DNA of 64,000 bases from Candidatus Thermosaccharophagus tengchongensis (GCA_032161105.1 JAVHTD010000001.1); one strand, 5' to 3'; counted from the stretch's first letter, positions 50,217 to 61,211 are shown. Program-made: numbers and translations. The notes: generated from the sequence alone by a model not told the origin.

Positions 50217-53177
50217 ATGCGGGATGGGAAAGTCTTGACGGCGGTGTTGATTGCGTTCTTCTCCGGCACGCTGTTGGCGAGTTTTTATTTTGGGCAGAGG
50301 GAACGCCCGAGAGAAAAAGTAGCTGGTGCACGGAGGCTTCAAGCTGGTGCTGCAAGCATAAGGCAATATGCGCCGTTGGGCAGTGTCAAAATGAACCTGA
50401 ACGCACAAGCTGTGCGAATATTGCTCGGGTTGCGAGATGAGCAACCGTCAGTTTGGACTGGTTCGTTTAAGCTCTCTGAGGGTAAGCTCATAAGCTCGGA
50501 GCCATGGCGAACTGGTGTTGGTGATGTCGTCAATCCGGATGGCACATTCAAGCTGAATACAAGGCAAGTTCAAGCCGGCACTCGCCAGCAACTTGCCATG
50601 ACCGAGAATGGCATCGTGCTCGTATTGGATGCGCCGCCTGCGGCGCGAATTGAAGTGAGCACCGATAAAGGCGATTTCTCGTTCACGCTTGGTGAGCTGT
50701 CTTATGGTAGACCGCTGTTCTTCCTCAACGGGCAAGCTCAGGCTGAACTTGTGCCATGTCCGACAAAGCTTGCTGATACTGAGCGAGAAGAGGATTACCC
50801 ATCAATTGCTTCCTCAAAGTATGGCACAGTAGTCGTTTATGTTGAGCATGACCACTTTGGTCCGCCAACCCCGATTGACATCAAAAGCCTCCCAACGGAT
50901 GAGCAAGGCATACCGATTGACTACTCGGCATTTCATCCAACTGATGGCGGAGACAGGGTTATGCTCACATGGTTTGATGGGAATGAGTGGGCACAGCCAC
51001 AACCAGTCACTAATGAGGGCTTGGATGTTTGGCGTCCGGCTGTAGCTATTGATGGGAGAGGAATTGCGTGGGTCATTTGGAGCGAGAACATAAAGGGCAA
51101 TTGGGAACTTATGTGCAGGCGCTTTGATTTGAAGAAGGGGATATGGTCGCAAGTTGAGAGGTTGACTGACAATCCCGGTGCCGACATAAATGTGTGCGCT
51201 GTTACATCGCCGGTATCAGGAGATGTGTGGATTGCATGGCAGGGTTGGCGAGATGGTGACTTTCAGATCATGGCGATGCGTTTGCAGGAGGGCACAAGGG
51301 GAACACCGATACAGGTTGGCGCAAAGGGCGCAAATGAGTGGTCGCCGGCAATGGCAGCCGATGGGAAAGGTAACATCTATGTTGCATTTGACACATACGA
51401 AACCGGAGACTATGATGTCAAGCTCTGGATGTTCAAGGAAACATCTCCGGATGGTGGGCGCGTCATAAATGTGACTAACTCGCCTGCATTTGAGGCAAGC
51501 CCCGCTATAGCCTGTGATCCAAAAGGGCGAGTTTGGATTGCGTGGGAGATGCGCTCTGTGAATTGGGGTAAGGACATGGGAGCATACTACGGCAAGCAAT
51601 CGCCCGGAACGCAACTTTATGTCGGTCCGCCAATGGTGCGAGTCGCATGCTATGTTGATGGGCAACTTCAGTTCACTGCAACGGATCCAGCTGAAGCCAT
51701 GCCTAAAGGCATGCGCAACTTTTTGAGCTACCCTCGCCTTTGCGTTGACTCAAACGGCAGAGTTTGGCTATCGTTCAGGCGAAGGATGGGATGGCGAGGT
51801 CCGGTCGGAACATATTGGCAATCGTTCCTGACAAGCTATGATGGCGGTGGGTGGACGAATGCAATACCGGTCATTTTCTCCGACAACTTGCTTGACAACC
51901 GACCATCATTAACTACCCTTCCATCCGGCGAGCTGCTTATCGCTTATAGCGGTGATGGGCGATACAAGTATGCTGGACCACCAGCGCTTGCGAACAATGC
52001 CCTCTATCTTGCCGCGATAAGATTTCCCTCACCAAGCGAGCCCAAGTTGGCTGCAACACCGCCGTTTGAATTCCCGAAGGATGTTAAGTTGGTCCATCCG
52101 GAGGAGAAGCAAGACATTGCCCGTTTGAGAGCGTTCAAACTCACCATTGGTGGCAGGACTTACACGCTCATGCGAGGCGAGTTCCACAGGCACACGGAAA
52201 TATCCGCTGATGGTGGTGGTGATGGAGCACTTGAGGACATGTGGCGATATGCCTTAGATGCGGCAGACTTGGACTGGATTGGGTGTGGTGACCATGACAA
52301 TGGTGGTGGGAGAGAATACCCTTGGTGGATAACGCAAAAGACGACGGACATATTCCATCATCCGCCGGTGTTTGTCCCGATGTTCACATATGAGCGAAGT
52401 GTCGTTTATCCGAGCGGGCATCGCAATGTCATGTTTGCACAGCGTGGCATAAGGACGCTTCCACGCCACCCGGACATCAAAGGGACACCGGAGACTGGTG
52501 CGCCTGACACCAAAATGCTTTACCGATACCTTAAGGCATTTGATGGCATATGCGCAATGCACACATCTGCAACGGATATGGGCACCGACTGGCGTGACAA
52601 TGACCCAGTTTACGAACCGATTGTTGAGATTTATCAGGGCTGCAGGCAAAATTATGAGTATAGTGGTGCTCCGAGGAGCGCAACAAGACCTGAGGACTCA
52701 ATTGGCGGTTGGCAACCTGCTGGCTTCGTTTGGGAGGCGTTCAAGAAAGGTATCAAGTTTGGATATCAGTCATCGTCTGACCACATAAGCACACACATAA
52801 GCTATGGCATCGCATTTGTTGAGGAACGGTCAAGGAAAGGGATACTTGATGCGTTCAAGAAACGGCATTGCTATGCTGCGACGGACAATATATTGCTTGT
52901 TGTCACAAGCGGCGAAAATTTGATGGGAGATGAATTTGTGGTAAGACAGCCGCTAAAGCTGAGCATTTACGCCATTGGAACCGCCCCAATAGCGAAGGTG
53001 CACATCATCAAGGACTTCAAGTATGTGCTTACAGTTGAGCCGAAGAAGAGGGAGGTTAAGTTTGATTGGGTAGACAAGGAGATGAAGCCCGGGGCAAGTT
53101 GGTATTATGTGCGAATTGAGCAAGAGGATGGTCAGCTTGCTTGGTCAAGCCCAATGTGGGTGAAATACGAGCCATAG
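50217..53177 (+). CDS. Membrane-anchored beta-propeller plus PHP-like (DUF3604/CehA-McbA-like) metallohydrolase
   Basis: Repeated P-x-A-x-D-xxG-xxW-xxW blades; GEFHRHTEISADG, GDHD, GHRN, MHTS, EIYQG, SSSDH. Confidence 0.7.
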   Translation: MRDGKVLTAVLIAFFSGTLLASFYFGQRERPREKVAGARRLQAGAASIRQYAPLGSVKMNLNAQAVRILLGLRDEQPSVWTGSFKLSEGKLISSEPWRTGVGDVVNPDGTFKLNTRQVQAGTRQQLAMTENGIVLVLDAPPAARIEVSTDKGDFSFTLGELSYGRPLFFLNGQAQAELVPCPTKLADTEREEDYPSIASSKYGTVVVYVEHDHFGPPTPIDIKSLPTDEQGIPIDYSAFHPTDGGDRVMLTWFDGNEWAQPQPVTNEGLDVWRPAVAIDGRGIAWVIWSENIKGNWELMCRRFDLKKGIWSQVERLTDNPGADINVCAVTSPVSGDVWIAWQGWRDGDFQIMAMRLQEGTRGTPIQVGAKGANEWSPAMAADGKGNIYVAFDTYETGDYDVKLWMFKETSPDGGRVINVTNSPAFEASPAIACDPKGRVWIAWEMRSVNWGKDMGAYYGKQSPGTQLYVGPPMVRVACYVDGQLQFTATDPAEAMPKGMRNFLSYPRLCVDSNGRVWLSFRRRMGWRGPVGTYWQSFLTSYDGGGWTNAIPVIFSDNLLDNRPSLTTLPSGELLIAYSGDGRYKYAGPPALANNALYLAAIRFPSPSEPKLAATPPFEFPKDVKLVHPEEKQDIARLRAFKLTIGGRTYTLMRGEFHRHTEISADGGGDGALEDMWRYALDAADLDWIGCGDHDNGGGREYPWWITQKTTDIFHHPPVFVPMFTYERSVVYPSGHRNVMFAQRGIRTLPRHPDIKGTPETGAPDTKMLYRYLKAFDGICAMHTSATDMGTDWRDNDPVYEPIVEIYQGCRQNYEYSGAPRSATRPEDSIGGWQPAGFVWEAFKKGIKFGYQSSSDHISTHISYGIAFVEERSRKGILDAFKKRHCYAATDNILLVVTSGENLMGDEFVVRQPLKLSIYAIGTAPIAKVHIIKDFKYVLTVEPKKREVKFDWVDKEMKPGASWYYVRIEQEDGQLAWSSPMWVKYEP

Positions 53178-53395
53178 GCTGGGCAAGAATTAGAGCATAG
53201 CATACTGCATTATAGTTTGAAAAAATTTGCATGTCTGCGAAGGTGGGGGCGAGATTTGTTATCCTCCATTGCACTTCATATCGTTGTATTCTTTGGAGTG
53301 CGGAGATTGTGTCTGTGAATTGGGTGCCGTAAAAGAAGGATGGCGATTTTGTGCGGGGAGTCCGCTTCGCTCCCTTGAAAGGGGCTCACCCCGAA

Positions 53396-54931
53396 ATGCA
53401 TGACGAGGTTAAAAAGAGGGCACAGTTTGTAAGGGCAGTCTCACTTGCTGCATTCCTCGTTACGGCTTCGTTAGTTACTTATGTGAACCTGTCACAGGAT
53501 ATTGCCAAACCGCGATTTAGAATTGCCTACGCGACTTTTCTTGGAGGTCGCTACGGTGAAGAAGCGCGAGAAGTAATCCCTTATCCAGATGCCTCTGTTT
53601 TAATCGGAGCACAAGTTGCCTCAAAGGATTTGCCAGTTAGCGAAAATGCTTTCCAGAAACAGTATGCCGGTGATGACCCGACTCTTGGTCATCCCGGCGT
53701 GTATGGAGGGGATTGTTACATCTGCCGACTTGATGCTGACGGGAGGAGGGTAATATACGCCACTTATTTTGGTGGGTCAAAGCAAGAGCGCAACACTTAC
53801 GGATTAGAGTTGGATAAGGCTGGCAACATTGTCCTCACCACCATGACGCGCTCAACTGACATTCCCACAACTCAAAATGCCTTCCAACGCAAGCTTGTTG
53901 GTAAGACGGGGATCGTCGTTGCAAAGCTAACACCTGACTGTAGCCGTTTAATTTGGTGCACTTATCTGGCTGGCTCAAACGAAGCCAGTCCTCGTGGTGG
54001 ATTGGCTCTGGATAAAAACGACGATGTAATCGTTGTCGGCACAACAAATTCACCCGACTACCCGACTACCACCAGAGTTATCCAACCTCATCTCAAAGGT
54101 CCGCGAGATTCGCTGATTACCAAGCTCAAAGCCGATGGTTCTGGGTTGATATTTAGCACATTACTTGGTGGCACAGGCGAAGATGATGCCATCATGGGTG
54201 TTAGATTAGATGCCGAAGGCAACATTTATGTTGCCGGGCATACCAGGTCAACTGACTTCCCTGTGACACCCGGCTGCGCGCAACCCACGCATGGAGGGAA
54301 ATCGGATTGCTACTTGGCAAAATTGAGCCCCAATGCTGATAGAATGCTGTATGCAACCTATTTGGGTGGGGATGGAGAGGACTTTGCAGAGCATCGTCCA
54401 TGGCTGAATCCGGACGGGACTTTTTTGGTTGCAGGTTATTGTGGTTCGACAAACTTTCCAGTGACCATTGGGGTCCATTTAGGGCGATTAACATGGAAGA
54501 GTGCTGGTTTCTTGGCAAAGCTATCTCGGGATGGAAGCCGATTCGTATTTACAGCTCTCCTTGGCGGCTCTGGCAGCACCAACTTGCTGATGCCTACACC
54601 TGACAGTGAAGGCAATATTTGGGTCGTGGGGAACACCACAGCGCGTGACTTGCCGGTGACACCCGATGCATTGCAAAAGACCTTTGGTGGCGGACAAGAG
54701 GACGGTGTATTGGCAGCATTCAGTCCAGATGGCTCACGCCTTATTTACTGCACTTATTTGGGAGGAAAGGGCGATGAAATGATTCGCAGCCTTGCATGGG
54801 GTTATGATGGGTCACTTTACCTTGTGGGCAGGACATCATCGCCAGACTTCCCAGTCACACCAAAAGCGCTGCAAACTGTGCTTGGCGGTGACTCCGATGC
54901 ATTTGTTGTGAAGCTTGTCCCTAACCGATAA
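53396..54931 (+). CDS. SBBP-type beta-propeller repeat protein
   Basis: Repeats of Y(A/C)TYLGG, GxTxSxDFPVT..AxQ, D.FV.KL; N-terminal TM/signal. Confidence 0.85.
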   Translation: MHDEVKKRAQFVRAVSLAAFLVTASLVTYVNLSQDIAKPRFRIAYATFLGGRYGEEAREVIPYPDASVLIGAQVASKDLPVSENAFQKQYAGDDPTLGHPGVYGGDCYICRLDADGRRVIYATYFGGSKQERNTYGLELDKAGNIVLTTMTRSTDIPTTQNAFQRKLVGKTGIVVAKLTPDCSRLIWCTYLAGSNEASPRGGLALDKNDDVIVVGTTNSPDYPTTTRVIQPHLKGPRDSLITKLKADGSGLIFSTLLGGTGEDDAIMGVRLDAEGNIYVAGHTRSTDFPVTPGCAQPTHGGKSDCYLAKLSPNADRMLYATYLGGDGEDFAEHRPWLNPDGTFLVAGYCGSTNFPVTIGVHLGRLTWKSAGFLAKLSRDGSRFVFTALLGGSGSTNLLMPTPDSEGNIWVVGNTTARDLPVTPDALQKTFGGGQEDGVLAAFSPDGSRLIYCTYLGGKGDEMIRSLAWGYDGSLYLVGRTSSPDFPVTPKALQTVLGGDSDAFVVKLVPNR

Positions 54932-55041
54932 GTTAAGCATTTTCGCCTTTGTTTAGCTATCTTCTTCAGCAAATCAGGATTTCCACTGTGAGCCAACGCT
55001 GATGAATGAGCTACAGTCTATGCAGCGATAGGTGATGAAGA

Positions 55042-56610
55042 ATGGACAGACGGGAGTTTTTGAGCTTAAGTGGGATAGCCGCTTTAAGCATGCTAAGTGC
55101 TGGGCAAATTCAAGCCGACGCGCAAACCACAACTGGCGAGGTGAAAGGCGGTGGGGTGAAAAAGCGAGTTGACAATGTCATTCTAATCATCTCCGATACA
55201 CTTCGGAGAGATTTCGTCAGCTGCTACGGTAACAACTGGATATATACACCGCATCTGGATAGGTTTGCCAAAATGTCACTCATATTTGACCAAGCTTGGA
55301 TTTGCTCTTTCCCAACTGTTCCATGCCGACATGATATACTCACTGGACGATATACATTCACATACAAGCCTTGGTCGCCACTTGATCCAGAGACTGTGAC
55401 ACTTCAGGAAACGCTGAATAAAGCGGACATAATTACGGCTTTATTTGCCGATACACCTCATCCATTCACGCCGGGCTATAACTACCAGCGTGGCTTCAAA
55501 GTTTGGGAGATCATTCGCGGGCAGGAACACGATAATTGGAAAAGTGACCCAGCCGAAGTCAAGTTGCCATGTGCACCCGAGAAATTGCGCAGTCCTTGGA
55601 CAACTGTCGTCCAGTATCTTCGTAATGTTTCATACCGTCAATTTGAAGAGGACTATTTTGTGGCAAGAACAATGCGTGAAGCCGCAAAATGGCTTGAGCG
55701 AAACTATGATAGGCGTTTCTTCCTATATGTTGACACATTTGACCCGCATGAGCCTTGGGATCCGCCAAAATACTATGTGGACTTGTATGACCCCGGCTAT
55801 AAGGGAGAGGAGGTAATTTATCCCCGCTACGATTTGTGCGATTATTTGACAAAAGAGGAGTTAAATCATTGCCGCGCACTTTACGCCGGAGAAGTGACGC
55901 TTGTTGACCACTGGTTTGGCTACCTGCTTGATAGAATTGAGTCGCTCGGGTTGCTCAAAAATACAGCCATAATTTTCACGACAGATCATGGTTTTTACTT
56001 TGGAGAGCATGGTTACATCGGGAAGTCGCTCATCACAGAAAAGTATCAGCAGGCTATTCCACTTTACCCAGAAGTTGCCCATATACCGTTGCTGATTTAC
56101 ATTCCCGGAATTGAGGGTGGAAAGAGGATTTCGGCGCTTGTTTCGCTTGTTGATTTGATGCCGACAATACTTGACTTGCTTGGTGTGCCAATTCCTGAAA
56201 CTGTCCAAAGCCGTTCCATTTTACCATTAATTGATGGGAAAATGGACAAAATTAGGGATTTTGTTGTCGCATCACCAACGATTTCTCACAAGGGGATAAA
56301 AGTGCCGCATCCAACAAACAGGAGCAGTATAACCGATGGAGAATGGCTTTTGATATATGGAAGCCAAGTTGACAGAGTCACAGAACCACATTTGACGGCA
56401 ATGGTTGATAGCGTGATGCGCTCCATGAAAACGCTCGAGAAAGGGCCAATAAAGCCGAGATTATTTCACTTGCCGACTGACCCAAAATGCGAGAGGGATG
56501 TCATAGAAAAGCACAAGGATGTAGCCGAGAAATTGCACAAAAAATATATTGAACTCCTTGAAGCTTGCAATGTGCCGAAAGAACACCTGCAGTTCTTCAG
56601 ATATTTGTAA
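55042..56610 (+). CDS. Tat-exported sulfatase/alkaline-phosphatase-superfamily hydrolase
   Basis: MDRREFL twin-Arg signal; ISDTLRRD, PTVPCR..LTG, FDPHEPW, TTDHG..GEH. Confidence 0.85.
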   Translation: MDRREFLSLSGIAALSMLSAGQIQADAQTTTGEVKGGGVKKRVDNVILIISDTLRRDFVSCYGNNWIYTPHLDRFAKMSLIFDQAWICSFPTVPCRHDILTGRYTFTYKPWSPLDPETVTLQETLNKADIITALFADTPHPFTPGYNYQRGFKVWEIIRGQEHDNWKSDPAEVKLPCAPEKLRSPWTTVVQYLRNVSYRQFEEDYFVARTMREAAKWLERNYDRRFFLYVDTFDPHEPWDPPKYYVDLYDPGYKGEEVIYPRYDLCDYLTKEELNHCRALYAGEVTLVDHWFGYLLDRIESLGLLKNTAIIFTTDHGFYFGEHGYIGKSLITEKYQQAIPLYPEVAHIPLLIYIPGIEGGKRISALVSLVDLMPTILDLLGVPIPETVQSRSILPLIDGKMDKIRDFVVASPTISHKGIKVPHPTNRSSITDGEWLLIYGSQVDRVTEPHLTAMVDSVMRSMKTLEKGPIKPRLFHLPTDPKCERDVIEKHKDVAEKLHKKYIELLEACNVPKEHLQFFRYL

Positions 56611-56696
56611 AGTGCAACTTTGCTCTGCATTTTTAGCAGCTGATGAGTATTCCGGGAATCAAGCTCCCGTCCAGCAGAAGTAGGGTGAGAAACGGC

Positions 56697-57437
56697 ATGT
56701 TATTGAAGAAGATGCTCCCATACCAAATCAGGGATGCTATTGAGAGAAACTTGCCACTATTAATTCCTGCTGGATGTGTTGAATGCCATGGCACTCATTG
56801 TGCAGTTGGCTTGGACACGATTGTAGTTGAAGAGCTGTGTAAAGCCATTTGTGAGCATATTCCCGCAGTAATTGCGCCAACTGTTGATTACGGTCCTACT
56901 GGTTGGGCTGTAAGCGGACCGGAGCTTGGCACAGTTGATGTTGATGGGAATCAATTTTATTCATTTGTCAAGGATGTTTTGCGGTCATTTTTGCTCATGG
57001 GTTGGAAGAACATCATCGTCATTGTTCATCATCAAGGTATGGATGGACCTGAGGCGCTGGCATTTAAAAAAGCCGCATCTGAGTTGGCATTTGAAGTAAC
57101 GCGCCAAGAAATGGGAGTAGGATGGTGGGGCAACAAGCCGCCAGAGGAACACGGTGATGTTTTTGGAAGGATTCGTGTAATGCCATCAATTTTGCCAAAG
57201 GCTGAGGAAATATGCCGGGGCGACCATGCAGGGCGCTTTGAAACCAGTTTACTGATGTATCTTTGTCCAGAAGCAGTTGACCTAAGTCAACTTGAACGGC
57301 AAACATTTTGGTATGCCGAACGCCCAGATAACCTTGCAAGAAATGCCTCAAAAGAGGATGGAGAGCGCTTCTTTAAGGCGATGGTGGATGCGTGGGTAGA
57401 TGAGCTAAAAGATATGCTCAAACAGCAAAGGCAGTGA
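56697..57437 (+). CDS. Creatininase-family amidohydrolase
   Basis: GCVECHGTH..GLD, GDHAGRFETS; start at 56643 or 56697. Confidence 0.85.
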   Translation: MLLKKMLPYQIRDAIERNLPLLIPAGCVECHGTHCAVGLDTIVVEELCKAICEHIPAVIAPTVDYGPTGWAVSGPELGTVDVDGNQFYSFVKDVLRSFLLMGWKNIIVIVHHQGMDGPEALAFKKAASELAFEVTRQEMGVGWWGNKPPEEHGDVFGRIRVMPSILPKAEEICRGDHAGRFETSLLMYLCPEAVDLSQLERQTFWYAERPDNLARNASKEDGERFFKAMVDAWVDELKDMLKQQRQ

Positions 57438-57465
57438 ATGGATGGCAATTGAAGAGGTGTAAGCA

Positions 57466-60400
57466 ATGTTTAGGCGAATATTAATGGCTTTTTCAATCGG
57501 ATTTATCTTTGGAGTGCTATCGTGGGTGGCATTCCTTAAACTGGCGGTGGCAGAGGGCAAAAAGCCGGCAATTTTGATTTTGATGCCAAATGCCGCATGG
57601 CCACCCGGTGATTGGGATTTTGATTTACTGCGTGAACTTGAGAACGCCGGGTTTGAAATTGATTACACTGACGAAGCCTCGCAACTTACATGGGAATTGC
57701 TCAAAAATTTCAACTGTTTGGTCATCCGTGAGATCCCGCATCCCCAGGCACCAATGAAACCCTATGAAAAGCCAACATATGAGGGGCTTAAATCGCTATG
57801 CAACGAATTTTTGCGGTCTGGTGGGGGTATTTTCCTCGCTATAGATGATGTCAATTCACTTGCTGCAACTTGGATGATGCCTCAGGAATTTTTCTCCGAG
57901 ATTGGGGCAAAATTGCCGAGGGAATTCCTCTACGACCCTGGCACCGAAATGCCGCACCCGCGCTTGCCACTTCAATCTGACAGAGAAATGGCGTTTACTT
58001 CGCAAATTTTGCCAAGCCCAGTTAGCGACGGTGTTCGTGGTCTATGGTATCCATTGCCATTTACTGCTCCGATTGAGGTTTCAAATGAGTGGATTGTTGT
58101 TGTCAAGGGAAGCCCAACATCCTTTTCCAGACCAATGACAGATGAGGAATTTATCAGAAATTTTGGACATTTTGGCGAATTAGGGGCAATAAAGGGAGAG
58201 CCATATAGGCGGAGGGAAATAACAAAAGAGCCAATACTTGTGGCTATTCGCGAGTTTAATGGCGGACGAATAGCGCTAATGCGAATGTTCAGTAATTTCC
58301 ATCTACGCGCTGGAAGCAAGTGGTGGTATGACAAAGTTGTGTGGGAAAAGGGGATGGGCAATAGACCGAGCGATTTAAAGCGCCTTTTCATCAACATATT
58401 GCGATGGCTCAGCGAACCTTCTTTGCAAAAGGGAACTCTTGGAGGGCATATTAGCCCGCCTGATAGGCTAATTCATCCTCAGGATAGGATGGATCCAAAA
58501 AGTGTCATCGTCCAATGGGCGGATTACCCCGACGCTCAAGAAAATAGCTTAAAATTTGGCACTCCACCGAAACAATTTAAGGGTTTCATTGGCGCGCGCA
58601 CAACTTTTTCAAGCGGGCGAAATACTGTCGCTGAATATGCCAAAAAGGCAGCAGAATTGGGCTTGCAATTCGCCATCTTCCTTGAGGATTTTGAGAAATT
58701 AACTCCGGAAAAATTTGAAGCCTTAAGGGACGAGTGCAAAAAATATTCCTCGGAAAAGCTTCTGCTTATCCCGGGTTGGACAATGCGTGACAATATAGGG
58801 CATAATATCTTTATCTTTGGCGCCAATCTTGATTATCCACCGCCATCGGTCCTTGTAGGACCAAACAAAAAACTTTTACATCAACAAGCAATTGATGACA
58901 AGGGGAGATTTATCATTGCTCCAATACCGTCGTTAACATGGATTTTGCGCGATATAGCCGGCAAGCACAATCAGCTTGGCTATTTTAACTTTCGTTCTTC
59001 ACCGGGTTGTTATCCATGGAATGTGCGTCTTTACGGCGGCATTGCTGTATGGTTTTGGGAAGAAAACAAACTGATTGAAAACCTTTGGGATTCATTTATT
59101 GAGTTGAATGCTCAAGCTCTTCAGCCAAATCCATTTGCTATCAACATAGTTCACTCGGTTGAAGCATTTTCCACCGGAGTCAGGCAAGGATTTGGCATAA
59201 ATTATGCGTTTTCAAGCACATTGAACGATGTGCCAAACAGATTAGCATACAAATTCCGAGCGGGTGGCGAACCACATCAGTATATTTCAACAGGTCCTGT
59301 CATATTGGATTGGAGAAGATTAAATCGTGACTATTGGACATACGGTGGAGAGCAGTTTGTAACGCCAAATTACCGATGGCCGCTCAAAATTGCTGTAGCC
59401 TCTGATGTTGGTCTGAGTAGCATAGAAATTTACGACAGAGATTTATTGCTTTACCGCTTCTTGCCAAAGGGACGGAAGCAATTTGAGCGATTACTTGAAC
59501 TTAACTGCGGTTATGGGCGAAACATCGTTATGCGGGTGGAAGACGAGAATGGAAGGGTTGCAATCAGTGATGTCGCTTATGGCTGGAATCAGGCATTCTC
59601 GCCAGTCTGGTGTTCGGACAGAATAAACAATTGCGGGAATTATGGCATTGGGCATGGTCCGCTTTTCTTCTCTGCTTCGGCACCTGCTAATTTCCCGCTT
59701 GGTGCGACTTGGGATGGCGGACCTTCTGGGATTAGCCCTGTGATACACCCACAAGGAATTGAGCCGTTTTTGGACAGCGACATCGGAAAACAGTTTGAGG
59801 ATCGCCGTCCGCATATTGCGCGACCTTTTGAGGAAATAATGAGCCCAGATGGCTATGTATTCAGTGCTGAATGTGCGTGGACTACTCCCAAGGAAGTCCC
59901 ATCTGTAAATCCTTGGCATACGCTCGGACCACTCGTTGAAACACCGCTGTTTCAATTCCGCCTCAAGCATACTGGTTTTCAATCACGCCCGGTGCGCGCG
60001 ACGCCTGAGTTGCATTGGTCATACCCCGAAAGGAGGGGCAGCTCAATTGCCGAATTTGAGGGGGAAATTGTGTTCAAAAAGACATTGAGGGTTAACCAAC
60101 TTTATCTTTTCGGAGTCGGTCTTGGGAACATGCGTCAAATTGCTCATGCTGTGCCATTTGTTGTCATCAACGATGGCAATGGAAACTTTTGGTCTGGAAC
60201 TCTGGAAAGCTTTCGTTCCGAGTTTTTCTTCGGCAAGCCGGGACAAGAAGCCGTAGAGACTTTAATTCACCGTGGAGGGTATGCTGCACTCTTTGCGCAA
60301 ACTCCCTCCAATGCCTTTGCCATTTACAATTTGGGGGAGCCATTGAAAGCTGTAGTAAATGTTCCCAAATTGAACCTGAACTTCAACGGCGCTATTGCCT

Positions 60401-61155
60401 TTTACGCGCCTATAAATGGCAAGCAGGTCAAACATGGCGAAAAATATTCGTATCGTGTGCTTATCCTCAACGACCCGATGGATGAGGAGGGGAAAAATGG
60501 AAGGAGATACGAAATTATAAGGGAATTCTTGGGTATGGGTGGGGGCAAAAAATTCCCATTTGAGTTGCGTCAAGGAAAACTATTAAGCTATTTTGGCATA
60601 CTTGATGTTAAAGTCCAAGATGGCGTGGTTGAAATTTATATGAAAAAGCCAAATGAGAGGCTGAATATTCCATTCCCGGTGCGAATTCACGGGTTAAACC
60701 CGAGATGGTCGGCGGGGCTGTTTCAGATTGAGGGTTATACTCAGGGAAGATATACAAATGGCAAGAATGTTTATAAACCGATTGGTGTGACGAAGGGCGG
60801 TATCGGATTCGCAACTTTATACCCAGATTATTCCGAAAATACGCACATTATTGTTGGTCACCCAATTGTAGCCGATGACGAAAGAATCGCCATAATTTTT
60901 GCCCATACCAATTGGAAGCCCCACGAATATTGGCTCATGGTGAATAATCCAACAGACGAACCGATCACAACGACAATTCGCCAGAAAATACCGCTACCGG
61001 ATTTGAAATTTACGCGGCAGCTCATTACTCTACAACCTGGTGAAGATCGCATATTGTTTAGCCCGAAAGGGTGGGAAAACCTGTGGGCTAAATCCCCTCA
61101 GGATATGCGGCAGTTCTTGGCAAAATATGGGGAATCATGCCAAAGTTGCCCATAA
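57466..61155 (+). CDS. Large exported hypothetical protein with a degenerate PHP-like domain
   Basis: 1229-aa ORF with signal/TM; GFIGARTTFSSG..TVAEYAKKAAELGLQFAIFLED. Confidence 0.6.
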   Translation: MFRRILMAFSIGFIFGVLSWVAFLKLAVAEGKKPAILILMPNAAWPPGDWDFDLLRELENAGFEIDYTDEASQLTWELLKNFNCLVIREIPHPQAPMKPYEKPTYEGLKSLCNEFLRSGGGIFLAIDDVNSLAATWMMPQEFFSEIGAKLPREFLYDPGTEMPHPRLPLQSDREMAFTSQILPSPVSDGVRGLWYPLPFTAPIEVSNEWIVVVKGSPTSFSRPMTDEEFIRNFGHFGELGAIKGEPYRRREITKEPILVAIREFNGGRIALMRMFSNFHLRAGSKWWYDKVVWEKGMGNRPSDLKRLFINILRWLSEPSLQKGTLGGHISPPDRLIHPQDRMDPKSVIVQWADYPDAQENSLKFGTPPKQFKGFIGARTTFSSGRNTVAEYAKKAAELGLQFAIFLEDFEKLTPEKFEALRDECKKYSSEKLLLIPGWTMRDNIGHNIFIFGANLDYPPPSVLVGPNKKLLHQQAIDDKGRFIIAPIPSLTWILRDIAGKHNQLGYFNFRSSPGCYPWNVRLYGGIAVWFWEENKLIENLWDSFIELNAQALQPNPFAINIVHSVEAFSTGVRQGFGINYAFSSTLNDVPNRLAYKFRAGGEPHQYISTGPVILDWRRLNRDYWTYGGEQFVTPNYRWPLKIAVASDVGLSSIEIYDRDLLLYRFLPKGRKQFERLLELNCGYGRNIVMRVEDENGRVAISDVAYGWNQAFSPVWCSDRINNCGNYGIGHGPLFFSASAPANFPLGATWDGGPSGISPVIHPQGIEPFLDSDIGKQFEDRRPHIARPFEEIMSPDGYVFSAECAWTTPKEVPSVNPWHTLGPLVETPLFQFRLKHTGFQSRPVRATPELHWSYPERRGSSIAEFEGEIVFKKTLRVNQLYLFGVGLGNMRQIAHAVPFVVINDGNGNFWSGTLESFRSEFFFGKPGQEAVETLIHRGGYAALFAQTPSNAFAIYNLGEPLKAVVNVPKLNLNFNGAIAFYAPINGKQVKHGEKYSYRVLILNDPMDEEGKNGRRYEIIREFLGMGGGKKFPFELRQGKLLSYFGILDVKVQDGVVEIYMKKPNERLNIPFPVRIHGLNPRWSAGLFQIEGYTQGRYTNGKNVYKPIGVTKGGIGFATLYPDYSENTHIIVGHPIVADDERIAIIFAHTNWKPHEYWLMVNNPTDEPITTTIRQKIPLPDLKFTRQLITLQPGEDRILFSPKGWENLWAKSPQDMRQFLAKYGESCQSCP

Positions 61156-61211
61156 GGTGAGTGTGAGGGGCAAAATAACCACAAATTTGGGGAAATTGTG
61201 GGGTGATGTGC

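Noticed and set aside
53396..54931. Repetitive sequence as CRISPR or tandem DNA repeat
   Set aside because: Repeats exist only at protein level (propeller blades); no identical spaced nucleotide repeats
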